64,000 bases of DNA from Vitreimonas sp. (GTDB lineage: Bacteria > Patescibacteriota > Microgenomatia > UBA1400 > PJMF01): positions 842,331-906,330 of the forward strand of contig DASPLQ010000012.1 of assembly GCA_035627515.1 (NCBI GenBank), read 5' to 3'. A program made the translations under genes and the position numbers. Under the pieces are notes generated by a model. The model saw only the letters and a program-made list of their open reading frames with translations. It searched no databases and had not been told where the DNA came from. Numbering within the stretch: the stretch's first letter is position 1; each line of letters begins with the position of its first letter. Positions 55,529-64,000 of this stretch are shown piece by piece.

Positions 55529-56634
55529 AAATCTGTCTATATTCTCCTTATGTTCCTAAACACGTAGGTGGTGGTGAAAAGTATTTTTTCGATGTGGCGC
55601 GCTTGTTAAGTACTGAGCATAGGGTACAAGTTGCTATCCCACATTTTGAGGGCACACCTAAAGCTATTCAAGCAGTCCGCGAAAAATATGAACAGTTTTT
55701 GGGTCAATCATTGGCTAAAATAGAATTTATTTCCACTCCTTTGAATACAACTGCCCCCTGGTGGTTAAAAATAGCCTGGACGCGACAATTTGATGTTTTA
55801 TATTACTTAACTGATGGGAGTTTGTTTTTTTCGTTAGCCAAAAGAAATATTTTGCACATCCAAATTCCTTTTACGACACCAAAAACTAGTTTTAGTGATC
55901 GAATGAAATTACAAAATTGGCAAGTTAAAAATACTAACTCTGCTTTCACCAAAAAAATAATTGAAAAAAACTGGCACACTAAAATTGACGTCGTGCACTG
56001 GCCTATGGTAGATGTGGGCAGCGAGCTAAAGGCGGCAGGACTAAAAAGTGATCATAAACAAAAAGTGATTTTGCATGTCGGGCGGTTCTTCCGTCAGTTA
56101 CATTCTAAGCGCCAAGACGTACTCGTGAATATTTTTAAAGAGTTACTTACTCTTTATCCTCAGCAAACGAAAGGTTGGAAACTGGTTTTAGTTGGGGCTG
56201 TCGAGGATGAAGCCTATGCTGCGGAAGTCAAAAAACGTAGTCAGGGCTTGCCAGTAGAAATGTATCATAATTTGAATCGACAAGAGTTATTAGAGTGGTA
56301 TGCTAAAGCTAGCATCTATTGGCACGCAACTGGTTTCGGTTGTGATGAGCTGGCTGAGCCGGAAAAAATGGAACATTTTGGGATTAGCACTGTGGAGGCA
56401 ATGGCAGCCGGGTGTATCCCGATTGTGATCAATAAAGGTGGTCAGCCAGAAGTGTTGGGTGAATCATTAGCTTCTGGTCTGTGGAATGATGAAAGTGAGT
56501 GCATAGCTAAAACCATCACGGTTATACAAAATGAGGCATCGCAGACTATTTTGAAAAAAGCTGCTCGTGAGCAGGCAGCAACTTTTGGATCAGCTCAATT
56601 TATAGACACATTACAAAAAATGATCACATCATAA
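55525..56634 (+). CDS. Family 4 (GT-B) glycosyltransferase
   Basis: EHFGISTVEAMAAGCIPIV is the EX7E retaining-GT motif. 369 aa. Confidence 0.85.
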   Translation: MKICLYSPYVPKHVGGGEKYFFDVARLLSTEHRVQVAIPHFEGTPKAIQAVREKYEQFLGQSLAKIEFISTPLNTTAPWWLKIAWTRQFDVLYYLTDGSLFFSLAKRNILHIQIPFTTPKTSFSDRMKLQNWQVKNTNSAFTKKIIEKNWHTKIDVVHWPMVDVGSELKAAGLKSDHKQKVILHVGRFFRQLHSKRQDVLVNIFKELLTLYPQQTKGWKLVLVGAVEDEAYAAEVKKRSQGLPVEMYHNLNRQELLEWYAKASIYWHATGFGCDELAEPEKMEHFGISTVEAMAAGCIPIVINKGGQPEVLGESLASGLWNDESECIAKTITVIQNEASQTILKKAAREQAATFGSAQFIDTLQKMITS

Positions 56635-56635
56635 T

Positions 56636-57511
56636 ATGGCTAAATACTTAAAAGTTTCAGCTGTCATTCCCACCTACAATGGTCTTCATTTATTGAGAAA
56701 AAACTTGTCTGCGGTATTAGAGTGTTTACGACCAAATGATGAGTTGGTTATCGTAGATGATGCCAGTAACGATGAGACTCTAGAGTGGCTGAAGCATAAA
56801 TTTGGTTTAGCGACTGCGACCGCAGTCATCACTGGCGCAGATCTTTCAGAAGGTATGTATCGTCAGGGCCAAAAAAAAGTAGTGGTAAAAGTTGTAGCTA
56901 ATCATCAGAACCAGCGATTTGCGGTGAGTTGTAATCGTGGGGTGGCGGCTGCCACACACCCAATTATTTTTGTACTCAACAATGATGTCAGTCCCTATCC
57001 CGATGTTATTAAACAGGCCCTACCTCACTTTCAAGATCCAGAAGTTTTTGCCGTGGGTTGTTTAGAACATGAGCAAGCTGAGGGGGAAGTAGGTGGTAAG
57101 AATCGTCTCTGGTTTGAACGTGGCTTATTTCGCCATGCCCGAGCCAGCGATTTTAGCACTGGACCCACAGCCTGGGTGAGTGGTGGGAGTGGCTTCTTTG
57201 ATCGTGAGAAATGGCTACAATTAGACGGCTTTGATCCGCGATATTATCCTGCCTATTGGGAAGATACCGACCTTTCATTTAGGGCTCGGCAACAAGGTTG
57301 GAAAGTGGTCTTTGATGCTCAAGCTCAAGTTGACCACAACCATGAAAGCACGAATCAGACCACGTTTGGTAAGCAACACATTATGAAGATGAGTTGGCAG
57401 CACGCTCACATATTCACTCGACAGCACGCAACATGGTGGCAATTAGTACAATACGGAGTGTGGTTCCCTTATAACTGGTGGCATTTTCAACAATTGATGC
57501 GACACGTTTAG
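56636..57511 (+). CDS. Family 2 glycosyltransferase
   Basis: VSAVIPTYNGLHLLRKNL...LVIVDDASNDET...VLNNDV...YWEDTDLSFRA. Confidence 0.85.
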   Translation: MAKYLKVSAVIPTYNGLHLLRKNLSAVLECLRPNDELVIVDDASNDETLEWLKHKFGLATATAVITGADLSEGMYRQGQKKVVVKVVANHQNQRFAVSCNRGVAAATHPIIFVLNNDVSPYPDVIKQALPHFQDPEVFAVGCLEHEQAEGEVGGKNRLWFERGLFRHARASDFSTGPTAWVSGGSGFFDREKWLQLDGFDPRYYPAYWEDTDLSFRARQQGWKVVFDAQAQVDHNHESTNQTTFGKQHIMKMSWQHAHIFTRQHATWWQLVQYGVWFPYNWWHFQQLMRHV

Positions 57512-59580
57512 TTGGTAGGCTGACCAATAATCTCGGCTGCAGTCTGGGGAATAATCACGTCCACTCCGGCTTCAGGATTTTTTTCAAAGATGACGACTTC
57601 ATTATTAGGCTCAAGCTGAGGTTGTGGGAGATGCACGATTTTACCACCGGGTTTGGCAGAAAGTTCAGGATGCTCGCTAATTAAGCGAGTGATATAGGCC
57701 TCTTGGTTAGCTTTTAATACTTCTGGGCTAAAGATACGATGTGGCCGAGTAATAATTTTGACACTAGCAAAACCTTTCAGCTGGTCAAGTTTACTTTGAT
57801 TATATTTTTGAACCACAAAACCAATAGGAATCGGTTCACTGCCGATGCTGCTGACCAGTAATCTTTCTTCCAAATTAACTTCAGATTGCCCGGTTAGTTC
57901 ACCTAATAATTTGAGAAATTCCGGGGTATTAGTCATTAATTGAGGTGTGACTAAAATGAAAGGATGATCATTGACGGCCGAGAGTGTTAACTTATCACTA
58001 GTACTCAGTACACCGCTGGGCGCATAGGCTTCTCGTAACTCAACTTTACTTTGCGCTGTAAAGTGTGGCACTACCATCTCCCAATCCCATTGCCAATACC
58101 AGTAGTTATTGCGCCTCGTCAGTATGACTGGACTGTAAGTAGTAATTTCACCAATTGGAGTTTGAAAACGAGTGGTGATGTTAGTAGCGACTTGATTTTG
58201 CCACGGCCAGACTCTGGGTAAATTGAGCTCAGCTGAGCGCGTACTGACTTGAAGCTCGCCTTCGAATTTCTTGAGAGTTAAGAAAAAATCTCGCCGGGTA
58301 GGTGGAGATTCCGCAGGCAAACTCAAAAAAGAATAAACGTCTTGATAATGTCCCCGATTCCAGTTTTGGATTGCAAACGGTAAGTTGGTTTGTGGCCGCG
58401 CGGGTAAAAACCAGAAGGCTTGGACAATAATTAAACCAATTATGAGCTGATGGAGTGGTTTCTTCCCTTGTAGATGTGGTACCAAAAAGATAATCATCAG
58501 AGGGAGTATCACTAAGAAGTAGCGCGCCCAAAACGGAGTCAGACTTTGAAGGCCTAAGATACCTAAAGTTATTAAGGCTACATAATCTAGTGAGGGCGAG
58601 AGGGTTTTCGGACGTGACACCACTCGCCTGTGGACCCATACCAGCATTGCAACTAGACTAAGTGGCCACAAAATACTCCATTCCTGAATACTTTCCCAAT
58701 TGGAAGTGTTCCACCACCCTACGTAATGTCCGGTTAAGGTACTAAACCAGACCATCAAAGGGACGGTTTTAATTCCTGATTGGGCATAAAAGTTAATCAT
58801 CCATTTTTGTGTTCCAATCCACTCGAGCAAGGTGTGGCCAGATAAGAAATATGACCAGTACAAGGCTAAATATGTCAGTCCGGCAATGGCTAAAATACTG
58901 AACCACTCTAACCAGCGTTTTCGGCCCAGCATCCATCCAGCGGCTAGCACTAGAACAGGAACATACAGCGGTGCTTTGGTAGCGGTAAAAAGTCCAAGGC
59001 CGACCCCAGCTCCAATTACTAACCACCCGGTTTGAAGCGTTCGCGTTTTGACATTAAGTAATAAGGTGAGACAAGTACTATGAATTAATAGAGCTAATAA
59101 AAGTGGTAAATCCATCATGGTCTGTGATAGCTGGGAGAAAAAAAGAGGAGTAATAGCTAACAGCCCTACAGCCAGCCAGACTTGCTGATCAGTATGAAGC
59201 AGTGCTCGACATAAGCAGTAATAACAGCCTAACGCAATCATAAACATCATTAACGATGCCCAGTAAGGGTTGCCTAGCCATGTGGCAGCGAGGCCATAGG
59301 CCCATTTTCCAAAAGGAGGAACTTCAGGATTAGTGGTAAAGTAATCCTGCTGATTCACTAACCGATATCCAGCCACTTGATAGAGCTCATTATCAGAAAT
59401 GATACGTGTACTCAAGGGAATTCGCCATTGTGATTGATCATAGAGATCTGACAGGTAGGAATATTCGAAAGGTTGAACAAAGACTCGACGACTAGCAATG
59501 ACCACTAGCGCAAGCCATGCCACCAACAAAAACCACCGCAGTTTATACCACATAGCTACCTTTATACCGTGTTTCCCCAA
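57508..59580 (-). CDS. PMT/ArnT-like GT-C membrane protein with a ~300-aa C-terminal extracytoplasmic domain (690 aa)
   Basis: EVPPFGKWAYGLAATWLGN resembles the PMT hPPhGK loop. ~11 TM segments, then a hydrophilic C-terminal domain. Confidence 0.5.
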   Translation of the reverse strand: MGKHGIKVAMWYKLRWFLLVAWLALVVIASRRVFVQPFEYSYLSDLYDQSQWRIPLSTRIISDNELYQVAGYRLVNQQDYFTTNPEVPPFGKWAYGLAATWLGNPYWASLMMFMIALGCYYCLCRALLHTDQQVWLAVGLLAITPLFFSQLSQTMMDLPLLLALLIHSTCLTLLLNVKTRTLQTGWLVIGAGVGLGLFTATKAPLYVPVLVLAAGWMLGRKRWLEWFSILAIAGLTYLALYWSYFLSGHTLLEWIGTQKWMINFYAQSGIKTVPLMVWFSTLTGHYVGWWNTSNWESIQEWSILWPLSLVAMLVWVHRRVVSRPKTLSPSLDYVALITLGILGLQSLTPFWARYFLVILPLMIIFLVPHLQGKKPLHQLIIGLIIVQAFWFLPARPQTNLPFAIQNWNRGHYQDVYSFLSLPAESPPTRRDFFLTLKKFEGELQVSTRSAELNLPRVWPWQNQVATNITTRFQTPIGEITTYSPVILTRRNNYWYWQWDWEMVVPHFTAQSKVELREAYAPSGVLSTSDKLTLSAVNDHPFILVTPQLMTNTPEFLKLLGELTGQSEVNLEERLLVSSIGSEPIPIGFVVQKYNQSKLDQLKGFASVKIITRPHRIFSPEVLKANQEAYITRLISEHPELSAKPGGKIVHLPQPQLEPNNEVVIFEKNPEAGVDVIIPQTAAEIIGQPTN

Positions 59581-59625
59581 GTGAAGCTAGGTCTAATCCG
59601 CTCCTCAACCTCGACAGGTTAGTGT

Positions 59626-61314
59626 ATGATAAATGAGTTGCAAGCTATGTTACGAGCTTTTTTTACTAAACAGTGGTATTACATTTTGATAGCAGCTATT
59701 GTTGTGGTAGCTGCAGGACTCCGCTTTTATCAACTAGGAGGAGTTCCTCACGGAATGACATGGGATGAGGCTGCCATTGGTTACAATGGATACGCCGTTA
59801 TTTCCACGCGGCGTGATGAGTGGCTGGTGAAGTTGCCGGTGTCGTTTAAGTCTTTTGGTGATTACAAAGCGCCCTTAGCCATTTATATCAATGGCTTTTT
59901 TACCTATGCCCTAGGTATGGAGTTATGGGTGGTGAGATTGCCTTTTGCTTTAGCTGGAGTGATGGCAGTGCTAGGGATGATATTGTTAGTGGAAAAGATC
60001 TGGCAAGATGTTGATGAACCTCGAGCACGCTTAGTAAGCTTGTTGGCTGGAGTAGGACTGGCTTTTTCACCGTGGCATTTGCACTTTTCCCGGGTGGGTT
60101 TCGAATCAGCAATGGCTTTAAGTTTTCTCATTTGGGGCATCTATTTCCTCATGAAAATGGTGAACGAATCTAAAACGGTCTTGAAATACTTGTGGATGAT
60201 GAGTACGGCGGTGATGCTGGTTGCCAGTATTTATACCTATCACAGTGCCAAGCTAGTTGTACCCTTGGTGACAGCGCTTATTCTCTTCTGGCAGCTACGA
60301 AAAGCTCTCAAAAACGTAGTCTTATTAGGTGTCACTGGAGCGCTATCGACAGTCATGTTATGCCCACTGCTAAGTGATTTATTGTGGGCTAGCGGTAGCG
60401 AGCGATTTCATCAAGCTACACTGTTTAATAAAGGCTATGAAGTTTCACAATTATTGTCAGTCCTGATAGCTCATTTTGTAGCACATCTTGATCCGCGATT
60501 TTTAGTTTTAGGCAAAACTGATACGTTACGGCATGGTGATGGAGTATGGGGAATTTTGTTACCAACTACTTTCACATTGGCCCTGATAGGGTTGGCGTTT
60601 TTAATATTTTATACTCTGAAAAGCACAGTTGAAAAGAAAGCACATTCATATAAACAACTCTTATGGTTAGGATTAGGTTGGGCAATAATTGGCATTGTTC
60701 CCGCTATGCTCGGCGTTGATGCCCCGCATAGTAATCGGGCTTTGCTCGCACTACCCGGATTTTTATTGTTAGCACTGGGGGGTCTAGTGATGATCACTGA
60801 GGGTATTAAAAATTCTCAGCTTAATAAAAATATTCAGGGAACACATGGTGAAAAGAATATGGTTCTCAAAGCAGTTATTGGCGGTATAGTTTTGGTTCAT
60901 AGTTTATTTGTTCTCAGTTACTTGCAGCATTACTATACGGCTTTTGCTGCCCAATCTGCGGATGACTTCAAAGATGGGTATCTTGAAACCTTGCGATATG
61001 TTATTCCTTATGAGAAGGGTCTCGAGCGGCGACCCAAAGTCGACCAAATTTTATTTACCAATAAATATGGTCAACCCTATATTTATACATTGTTTGCTCG
61101 TCGTACCAATCCCATTTGGTATCAAGGCGGAGTATTAAACACGTATTTATTTACCGACTTGATCAGGCCCAGTGATTTAGAGCGACCAAATACCCTGATT
61201 GTAGCTGCTGCTGATGATCCATTACCGATCGAGAAAGCTGAAAAAATTGTGTATGGAAGTGATGGCAAAGTGAAGTTTAAAATTTATTATACTGGTTCAT
61301 CTTTCTTACCATGA
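59626..61314 (+). CDS. PMT/ArnT-family glycosyltransferase (562 aa)
   Basis: MTWDEAAIGYNGYAVISTRRDEWLVKLPVSFKSFGDYKAPL is a DE loop paralogous to 50228, 61311 and 48435. Confidence 0.7.
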   Translation: MINELQAMLRAFFTKQWYYILIAAIVVVAAGLRFYQLGGVPHGMTWDEAAIGYNGYAVISTRRDEWLVKLPVSFKSFGDYKAPLAIYINGFFTYALGMELWVVRLPFALAGVMAVLGMILLVEKIWQDVDEPRARLVSLLAGVGLAFSPWHLHFSRVGFESAMALSFLIWGIYFLMKMVNESKTVLKYLWMMSTAVMLVASIYTYHSAKLVVPLVTALILFWQLRKALKNVVLLGVTGALSTVMLCPLLSDLLWASGSERFHQATLFNKGYEVSQLLSVLIAHFVAHLDPRFLVLGKTDTLRHGDGVWGILLPTTFTLALIGLAFLIFYTLKSTVEKKAHSYKQLLWLGLGWAIIGIVPAMLGVDAPHSNRALLALPGFLLLALGGLVMITEGIKNSQLNKNIQGTHGEKNMVLKAVIGGIVLVHSLFVLSYLQHYYTAFAAQSADDFKDGYLETLRYVIPYEKGLERRPKVDQILFTNKYGQPYIYTLFARRTNPIWYQGGVLNTYLFTDLIRPSDLERPNTLIVAAADDPLPIEKAEKIVYGSDGKVKFKIYYTGSSFLP

Positions 61315-63050
61315 GTAAGCATCTTTTTTCTATTGCGCTAAGCTTGATCCTGTTGGGAGCAGTATTTTTGAGACTTTATAGATTAGACTCACTGCCAGCT
61401 TCACTATATTGGGAAGAAGCGGCATTAGGTTATGACGCTTACTCGATGTGGCAAACGGGTCGTGATCATCATGGTAATGCCTGGCCGATAGTAGCCTTTG
61501 AATCATTTGGCGACTACAAACCAAGTCTCTATTTTTATGCCATTGTGCCGTTTGTGGCCACTCTAGGTCTTAATGAGTGGGCTGTTCGGTTACCTTCAGC
61601 TGTAGCAGGCATGGCCACTGTCGTGGCCGTGGGTTTAATTGCTCAACTCTTAGCAAAAAAATGGTTTTCGAATTCTAAAGCTCAATACTTATTATTAATC
61701 GCAATGGCAGTAGCTGGTATTTCACCGTGGGCGTTGGTTTTTTCTCGTGGGGGCTGGGAAGTCAACTTAGCGACTGCTTTGATCAGCTGGGGGATGTATT
61801 GTGGGTTGCGTTATGAGTCACAGTTGAGAGAAGTAAAAGGGACTGACCTTAAGTGGCTGGTGGGCAGTGTCATAGCTTTAGTCTTATCAATGTATGCCTA
61901 TCATGCCACCCGGTTGCTTGCACCATTACTTGGTATGTGTTTAGTGATGATGTGGAGTGCAACTGTGTTGAGCAATAAAACGAGTAGGTCATTAGCTATG
62001 ATAGCTAAACAGTGGTTAATAGCTGGTTTATTGAGTGTCTTATTATTAATGCCGATTCTTAGTTCTTTAGGCAATCAAAGCACATCTCAACGTTTTGCCG
62101 AAACCAGCATTTTAAATGATGTGACCTTTGTAGAGGAAAGTAATCTCAGACAGGAGCGAGCCGGCCACACCTTAGCCAGTAAACTTCTTTATCATCGTTA
62201 CTGGTTTTATGGCAAAGCCATTGCACTTAATTATTTTTCGCACCTCTCTATAGATTTCATGTTTGTGGCAGGTGATGCAAATCCGCGGCACTCAGTACAA
62301 TTTTTTGGGCAGCTCTATCATATTGAATTTATTTTTTTGTTAGCAGGAATCTATGTTGCTATTCGGAAGGGTGATAGGTATAGCTGGTTATTATTTGGTT
62401 GGTTAGTATTAAGTATCTTACCGGCCGCGATCACTAAAGCATCTCCACATGCTTTGCGCATCTTGCCGGGTTTACCAGTGTGGTTAGTACTGATTTCGGT
62501 AGGCATTGTTGAGTTGCACACGTATGTGGTTAATGGTCTTCAGGGTTTATTGAAGTCATGGAGAATTAAAAAAATCACACTTGCTTTAGGCCTAGGTGCA
62601 GCAATTGCCGTGTTATACCTGATTGAACTCACTGTTTTTTGGCGTTTTTATTCAAAAGTCTATGCTGTCATTTATGCCAGTGAGTGGCAGTATGGATACG
62701 AACAAATGGTACAAGCGGTCAGCCGCTCACAATTAGCCAATGATCAGTTGCCCGTTTATATTACACGCGAACAAGGCCGGCCAGCAATGTATTATTGGTT
62801 CTACACTCAAGCCAATCCGGCTAAAGTTCAAGCAGCTGATGCCGCTGCTAAACAAGACCAAGGTGAGTATATCGAATTTGAAAATATTAAGTTTCCTAAT
62901 ACCGTTAATGAAGTGGGTAACTCCCCAGCTATAGTAGCTTCTTCCCAAGAAGGTTTTACACAACTCTCATCACGCCATCGCGTGGAAGTGATAGAAGAAG
63001 TTAATGATTTGCGAGGCAAGACGGTGTGGGTAGTGTATAAGATTCTTTAA
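61311..63050 (+). CDS. PMT/ArnT-family glycosyltransferase (579 aa)
   Basis: LYWEEAALGYDAYSMWQTGRDHHGNAWPIVAFESFGDYKPSLYFY. 4-bp overlap with the upstream paralog. Confidence 0.7.
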   Translation: MSKHLFSIALSLILLGAVFLRLYRLDSLPASLYWEEAALGYDAYSMWQTGRDHHGNAWPIVAFESFGDYKPSLYFYAIVPFVATLGLNEWAVRLPSAVAGMATVVAVGLIAQLLAKKWFSNSKAQYLLLIAMAVAGISPWALVFSRGGWEVNLATALISWGMYCGLRYESQLREVKGTDLKWLVGSVIALVLSMYAYHATRLLAPLLGMCLVMMWSATVLSNKTSRSLAMIAKQWLIAGLLSVLLLMPILSSLGNQSTSQRFAETSILNDVTFVEESNLRQERAGHTLASKLLYHRYWFYGKAIALNYFSHLSIDFMFVAGDANPRHSVQFFGQLYHIEFIFLLAGIYVAIRKGDRYSWLLFGWLVLSILPAAITKASPHALRILPGLPVWLVLISVGIVELHTYVVNGLQGLLKSWRIKKITLALGLGAAIAVLYLIELTVFWRFYSKVYAVIYASEWQYGYEQMVQAVSRSQLANDQLPVYITREQGRPAMYYWFYTQANPAKVQAADAAAKQDQGEYIEFENIKFPNTVNEVGNSPAIVASSQEGFTQLSSRHRVEVIEEVNDLRGKTVWVVYKIL

Positions 63051-63748
63051 ATCTCTTTTTGTAGTTTAAACACGATTGCATTGGGCAAACGATATTTTTC
63101 TTCGGGCCAGTTTTTATATTTTTTTGAGATGGTGGTTTCTACCATGTTAAGAAGTTTAAAGTTGTGTTTATTAATCAGTTGAATATATGTATCCAAAGGC
63201 TCGTAATAATTAAAAATTTCAACATCGTAAGAATTAATTGGAAACCATACTTTTTGTGAGCGTGAAAAATCGATATTTTGTACATGATTAAATAACCACA
63301 CCGGATGCGGAATAGAAAAAGTAAAAACACCTTGAGGTTTTAACCAAGAGTTAACATTGGTAAATAGTAAGTCGAGCTGGGTGGAATAAGTCAGTGTAAA
63401 ACTAGCATTAATGACGTCAAAGGAGCTTGGTTCAAAAGAAACTGTTTCGTGTTCTGCTCTGAAGAAATAGCCTTTATTTCTACATAAAGTTTGAGTTATT
63501 TTAACCATTTTTTCACTGGCGTCGTAACCGGTAACATTGGCACCACTTTTAATAAACTCATGAGCATGTTTACCTAAACCACAACCCATATCGAGAACAT
63601 TTTTACTTTTTAAATCGCCCAGTAACTTCATGACTGCTGGCAGCTCTGTGACATCATTAGAAGCTTTATTACGGTTAGCAGAATATTTCTGTGAAATCGC
63701 GTTATATAGTGACCGAGGTGAGCGATACTTCATTTTAGAATCTGTCAT
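63047..63748 (-). CDS. Class I SAM-dependent methyltransferase
   Basis: VLDMGCGLGKHAHEF is motif I; ASFTLTY... are downstream methyltransferase motifs. 233 aa. Confidence 0.8.
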   Translation of the reverse strand: MTDSKMKYRSPRSLYNAISQKYSANRNKASNDVTELPAVMKLLGDLKSKNVLDMGCGLGKHAHEFIKSGANVTGYDASEKMVKITQTLCRNKGYFFRAEHETVSFEPSSFDVINASFTLTYSTQLDLLFTNVNSWLKPQGVFTFSIPHPVWLFNHVQNIDFSRSQKVWFPINSYDVEIFNYYEPLDTYIQLINKHNFKLLNMVETTISKKYKNWPEEKYRLPNAIVFKLQKEI

Positions 63749-63963
63749 CTAAACTTTACATTCTTCCGTGGTGGTGTAACTTTTAAATGACGTTTGTCGC
63801 TACTGGATATGTCCACTGGCAGCCAAAAGTACTGATAGGCAACATACACCCAGCCCACACTCATTATCACGATCATCAACACTCGCCACAGACCGACCAA
63901 AATAGGAACAGTTAAAAAGCCAACTTCATCATTAGATGCTTGGCTAAGAGTGACCCAAATCAT
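63745..63963 (-). CDS. Small membrane protein (72 aa, 2 TM segments); the upstream extent is uncertain near the window edge
   Basis: ORF-track translation; hydrophobic segments VGFLTVPILVGLWRVLMIVIMSVGWVYVAY. Confidence 0.35.
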   Translation of the reverse strand: MIWVTLSQASNDEVGFLTVPILVGLWRVLMIVIMSVGWVYVAYQYFWLPVDISSSDKRHLKVTPPRKNVKFR

Positions 63964-64000
63964 GAGGGTTGAGGGTACTGTAAAGGCCAGTTGGTGTTTG

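Noticed and set aside
1-64000. Searched for CRISPR arrays, tRNA/rRNA genes, transposases, integrases and IS inverted repeats
   Set aside because: No regularly spaced direct repeats, no tRNA-like cloverleaf candidates in intergenic spacers, no rRNA-like segments, and no ORF with DDE, serine or tyrosine recombinase signatures were seen. Mobile elements are not called.

Overview
This 64-kb window comes from a compact, moderately AT-rich bacterial genome (about 40-45% GC overall). It uses the standard code 11: TGA serves as a stop at 55526-55528, which argues against code 4 or code 25. Genes are tightly packed, with many ATGA-type overlaps. Positions 1-8547 are a collinear ribosomal/translation cluster: secY (5' truncated by the window edge), adk, map, infA, rpmJ, rpsM, rpsK, rpsD, rpoA, rplQ, rplM, rpsI. 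Two unknown genes (73 aa and 379 aa, the latter AT-rich) are inserted into it, and several ribosomal proteins carry Lys/Ala-rich extensions. The remaining ~55 kb is an extremely glycosylation-dense cell-envelope region. It holds at least eleven polytopic GT-C-type membrane proteins, most of them ArnT/PMT-like 'phospholipid-carrier-dependent' glycosyltransferases, including a 1394-aa giant. It also holds two polyprenyl-phosphate sugar synthases (DPM1-like GT2, one fused to a GtrA-like domain), six further GT2 and one GT4 glycosyltransferases, and a Wzx-type flippase. Also present are an LCP-family glycopolymer ligase, GDP-D-rhamnose genes (gmd-rmd), dTDP-L-rhamnose genes (rmlB-rmlC-rmlD, no rmlA seen), ugd, and a seven-gene minus-strand block (10656-16536): three tandem pairs of ABC-2-type permeases plus one ATPase. 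Accessory content embedded in this region includes a secreted protein with two lamin-tail domains next to a VanZ-like protein, a membrane-anchored Ala/Gln-rich low-complexity protein with locally ~58% GC, and a three-gene module containing a sigma-70 region-4-like protein. There is also a tandem pair of paralogous proteins of unknown family, an AT-rich protein with a kinase-like catalytic-loop signature, a solitary trmD, a SAM methyltransferase and an HU gene. Two non-coding patterns stand out: a ~60-70-nt element conserved in two distant intergenic regions, and tandem AATTACTN octamers immediately upstream of rpsD and rmlB. I found no rRNA, tRNA, CRISPR array, transposase or integrase.
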